From: Candidatus Saccharimonadota bacterium
GTDB lineage: Bacteria; Pseudomonadota; Gammaproteobacteria; Enterobacterales; Enterobacteriaceae
Length of the DNA stretch: 32,000 nucleotides
Reading direction: 5' to 3'
Assembly: GCF_012571795.1 (NCBI RefSeq)
Contig: NZ_CP046222.1
Span: 120,819 to 152,818 of the forward strand
Position 1 is the first letter of the stretch, and each line of letters opens with the position of its first letter. The notes beneath the pieces were generated by a model. It did not search any database and was not told the origin of the DNA. It saw nothing but the letters and a program-made list of their open reading frames with translations. Below, piece after piece: positions 29,104 to 32,000 of the stretch. The translations under genes and the position numbers were made by a program.

Positions 29104-29219
29104 AAAAATTTATCCTATGTTTTAATAAACTATTAAAAGTTATTTTTATAAATATAAAATATATAACAATATATGTACTTTGTATTTAATTATTATTTAA
29201 TTTATTAAAGAGTGTTTAT

Positions 29220-31787
29220 ATGTTAACTAAATTTTTAAAAAAAATATTTGGCAATAATAATAACTATGTTATAAGTCGTTTACAAAATACAGTCAATATC
29301 ATCAATAATATGGAAAAAAAATTTGAAAAATTTACTGATAGTGAATTAAAAAATAAAACAATTTATTTTAAAAAACAATTAAAAAAAAAATATACATTAG
29401 ATAATATTTTACCTGAAGCTTTTGCTATAGTTAGAGAAGCTAGCAAAAGAGTATTTGGCATGAGACATTTTGATGTACAATTAATAGGTGGTATTGTATT
29501 AAATAATAATTGTGTAGCTGAAATGCGTACAGGTGAAGGTAAAACATTAACTGCAACATTACCAGCATATCTTAATGCTTTAATGGGTAAGGGAGTACAT
29601 ATAGTTACAGTAAATGATTATTTAGCTAAAAGAGATGCTACTAATCATAAAATATTATTTGAATTTTTAAATTTAACTGTAGGACTGAATTTATCAAATA
29701 TGTCATTATATAAAAAACGTCAAGCATATGCTGCTGATATTACATATGGTACAAATAATGAATATGGATTTGATTTTTTGAGAGATAATATGGTGCTACA
29801 TATAAAAGATAAAGTTCAACGTCCTTTAAATTTTGCTATTGTTGATGAAGTAGATTCTATACTAATTGATGAAGCTAGAACTCCTTTAATTATTTCAGGA
29901 CCAGATAAAAATAACGCAGAAATTTATTCTCAAATAAATAATATAATACCATATTTAAAATATCAATCTAGTGAAATAGATATTGCTGGACAACAAGGAC
30001 ATTTTTTTATAGATGAAAAATCAAAACAAGCATATCTAACAGAAGATGGGTTAATTTTTTTGGAACATATTTTAGTAGAAAAAAATATACTTAAGATTAA
30101 TGAGTCATTATATTCGAGTAAAAATTTAATTTTACTACATTATATTTTAGCAAGTTTAAGAGCACATAAAATTTTTACAAAAAATGTTGATTATATTGTT
30201 CAAAATAATAAAATTATTATAGTTGATGAACATACAGGACGTTTAATGGATGGTAGAAGATGGTCTGAAGGATTACATCAAGCGATAGAAGCAAAAGAAA
30301 ATGTTAAAATTAATAATGAAAATCAAACTTTAGCTTCTATTACTTTTCAAAATTATTTTAGATTATATCATAAATTATCTGGAATGACGGGTACGGCTAT
30401 AACAGAATCATATGAATTTAAAGAAATTTATAAACTTAATACGATTGTTATTCCTACTAATAAACCTATGATTAGAATAGATTTTCCTGATGTAATTTAT
30501 TTAACTGAACAAGAAAAAATTCAAGCTATTATTGAAGATATACAAAAAAAATATTATATAGGTCAACCAATTTTAGTTGGTACTATTTCTATAGAAAAAT
30601 CAGAATTAATTTCTAAAAAGTTAAAACAAATTAATATTCCTCATAATGTTTTAAATGCTAAATATCATGATAAAGAAGCTGAAATTATTGCACAAGCAGG
30701 CACAATGCATTCTGTAACAATTGCCACTAATATGGCTGGGAGAGGTACTGATATAGTTTTAGGCGGTAATATATTATTTTATAAACATCTATCTAATCAA
30801 AAAGATAAAAATATAAAATTATCTTGGTTAAAACAACATAAAAAAATTATAAAACTTGGAGGGTTATATGTCATTGGTACAGAACGACATGAATCTAGAA
30901 GGATTGATAATCAACTAAGAGGACGTTCAGGACGTCAAGGAGATTGTGGTTCTTCTAGATTTTATTTATCTATGGAGGATTCTTTAATGCGTATTTTTGC
31001 ATCTAAAAATATAACAAATATATTAAGAAGATTAGGTATGAAAAAAAATGAATCTATTGAACATCCATGGATAACAAAAGCAATATGTCAGGCACAAAAA
31101 AAAGTTGAACAATATAATTTTGATATAAGAAAACAACTATTAGAATATGATGATGTTATTAATAATCAACGTATAGCTATTTATCAACAAAGGGATTTAA
31201 TTTTACAATTAACAGATATGAATATTATTATTGACAATTTTAGAAAAGATGTATTTACCACAATAGTTAATAATTATATTAAATCTGAATTATTTACAGA
31301 AAAAACATGGAATATAAAAAAATTAATGCAATATATTTATAATATGTTTAATATTTCTTTGCCTTATAAAAAATGGATAAGTTATACACATAAAACAAAT
31401 AAAACCATTTTTAATAAGCAAATATTATTGAATAATATAATTATGTATACTAAAAAAAAATATGACCAAAAGAAAAAATTTTTAAAAATAGATATAATTA
31501 AACAAATAGAAAAAAATATTATTATAAAAATATTAGATTATGTATGGAAAGAACATTTATCATCATTAGATTATTTAAAACAAGGTATACATTTGAGAGG
31601 ATATGCACAAAAAGATCCTAAACAAGAATATAAAAGAGAAGCATTTTATATGTTTAATACAATGTTAGATGTATTTAAAAAAGAAGTAATTATTTTTATT
31701 AATAAATTACAATTTACAAATAATAATATTAGTTTTGCACAAGAACCAATTAAAACAAATAATATACCTATACCACAATATGATTAA
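29220..31787 (+). CDS. secA: Preprotein translocase ATPase SecA, 855 aa, lacking the C-terminal zinc-finger tail.
   Basis: Colinear with E. coli SecA (901 aa): [32 protein letters not shown], Walker [39 protein letters not shown], Walker [66 protein letters not shown]....[20 protein letters not shown]...[37 protein letters not shown]. It ends ...[28 protein letters not shown], with no Cys/His cluster. Confidence 0.95.
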   Translation: MLTKFLKKIFGNNNNYVISRLQNTVNIINNMEKKFEKFTDSELKNKTIYFKKQLKKKYTLDNILPEAFAIVREASKRVFGMRHFDVQLIGGIVLNNNCVAEMRTGEGKTLTATLPAYLNALMGKGVHIVTVNDYLAKRDATNHKILFEFLNLTVGLNLSNMSLYKKRQAYAADITYGTNNEYGFDFLRDNMVLHIKDKVQRPLNFAIVDEVDSILIDEARTPLIISGPDKNNAEIYSQINNIIPYLKYQSSEIDIAGQQGHFFIDEKSKQAYLTEDGLIFLEHILVEKNILKINESLYSSKNLILLHYILASLRAHKIFTKNVDYIVQNNKIIIVDEHTGRLMDGRRWSEGLHQAIEAKENVKINNENQTLASITFQNYFRLYHKLSGMTGTAITESYEFKEIYKLNTIVIPTNKPMIRIDFPDVIYLTEQEKIQAIIEDIQKKYYIGQPILVGTISIEKSELISKKLKQINIPHNVLNAKYHDKEAEIIAQAGTMHSVTIATNMAGRGTDIVLGGNILFYKHLSNQKDKNIKLSWLKQHKKIIKLGGLYVIGTERHESRRIDNQLRGRSGRQGDCGSSRFYLSMEDSLMRIFASKNITNILRRLGMKKNESIEHPWITKAICQAQKKVEQYNFDIRKQLLEYDDVINNQRIAIYQQRDLILQLTDMNIIIDNFRKDVFTTIVNNYIKSELFTEKTWNIKKLMQYIYNMFNISLPYKKWISYTHKTNKTIFNKQILLNNIIMYTKKKYDQKKKFLKIDIIKQIEKNIIIKILDYVWKEHLSSLDYLKQGIHLRGYAQKDPKQEYKREAFYMFNTMLDVFKKEVIIFINKLQFTNNNISFAQEPIKTNNIPIPQYD

Positions 31788-31931
31788 TAAATATAAACTA
31801 TATAATAAATAATAAATAATTAAATAAATATAAAAAGATTATATAAATCATTTATTTTCTTTTATATAGAGGATATAAAAAATAATTTTATTTGTTATAC
31901 CCTCTTAAAAAAAAATAATTATTTTCCTAAA

Positions 31932-31963
31932 TTTCTTAAAAATATTGTTATATTTTTAAGAAA
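31932..31963. terminator. Perfect 14-bp stem with a 4-nt loop (TTTCTTAAAAATAT-TGTT-ATATTTTTAAGAAA), about 145 nt downstream of secA. It is a possible intrinsic or bidirectional terminator.
   Basis: Arms 31932-31945 and 31950-31963 are perfectly complementary, checked by hand. A short ATTT follows on the + strand and TTT on the - strand. The stem is almost all A:U with one G:C pair, and it would overlap the 3' end of a possible minus-strand ORF entering from the window end, so the function is uncertain. Confidence 0.2.
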
Positions 31964-32000
31964 ATTTCTAATTAATGGTGTATGTCTATTATCTGAAATA

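Noticed and set aside
31868-31905. An imperfect inverted repeat AGAGGATATAA ... TTATACCCTCT (11-bp arms, 1 mismatch, 16-nt loop) about 80 nt after the secA stop.
   Set aside because: It contains the only G:C pairs in the region, so it could be a secA terminator stem. However, it is followed by an A-run rather than a U-tract on the secA strand, and it has a large loop and a mismatch. That is too weak to call.
31919-32000. A possible 3' end of a minus-strand gene entering from the window end (...ISDNRHTPLIRNFLKNITIFLRNLGK, stop at 31919-31921).
   Set aside because: Only 26 codons are visible and no motif is recognisable. A stop-free run of that length is not significant even in this composition. 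It may well be a real convergent gene, but it cannot be supported from this window.
1-32000. A search for a defence or accessory system, mobile elements, CRISPR arrays, toxin-antitoxin pairs, integrases, or an alternative genetic code.
   Set aside because: Every ORF longer than 150 aa is accounted for by a core housekeeping gene of normal length. No spaced direct-repeat array is present, and there are no transposase-, integrase- or phage-like ORFs. No composition shift occurs other than the tRNA. Gene lengths match E. coli orthologues under the standard code, with TGA functioning as a stop (hisDC, mscS, mraY). The only ORF without a housekeeping identity is the 155-aa DUF721-like gene.

Overview
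This window is extremely AT-rich (by eye roughly four-fifths A+T), gene-dense and purely housekeeping. It has the hallmarks of a reduced-genome gammaproteobacterial endosymbiont: very short spacers, overlapping genes, Lys/Ile/Asn-rich proteins, and a single GC-rich island that is a tRNA. I call 23 protein-coding genes and one tRNA. In order: hisB (partial), a fused hisD-hisC, hisG, rnhA, dnaQ, tRNA-Asp, mscS, fbaA, pgk, tkt, metK, gyrA, mutS, ybhL, then rsmH-murE-murF-mraY-murD-murG-murC-ddlB, a 155-aa DUF721/DciA-like ORF, and secA. Most proteins align colinearly with my recollection of the E. coli orthologues, and the standard genetic code fits (UGA is used as a stop, TGG encodes Trp). I see no mobile element, CRISPR array, toxin-antitoxin pair, defence island or other accessory system, and I do not want to over-claim one. 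The observations worth a second look are: (1) a dcw cluster that keeps every lipid-II synthesis gene but lacks mraZ, ftsL, ftsI, ftsW, ftsQ, ftsA, ftsZ and lpxC, with gaps too short to hold remnants; (2) an in-frame 800-aa HisD-HisC fusion; (3) a perfect 15-bp x3 tandem repeat inside hisD that leaves its length unchanged; (4) a DciA-like ORF in the slot where lpxC/secM would sit; (5) a perfect 32-bp palindrome abutting tRNA-Asp; and (6) 10-11 nt poly(A) tracts inside essential genes. All functional calls rest on remembered homology and motifs, since no database search was possible.
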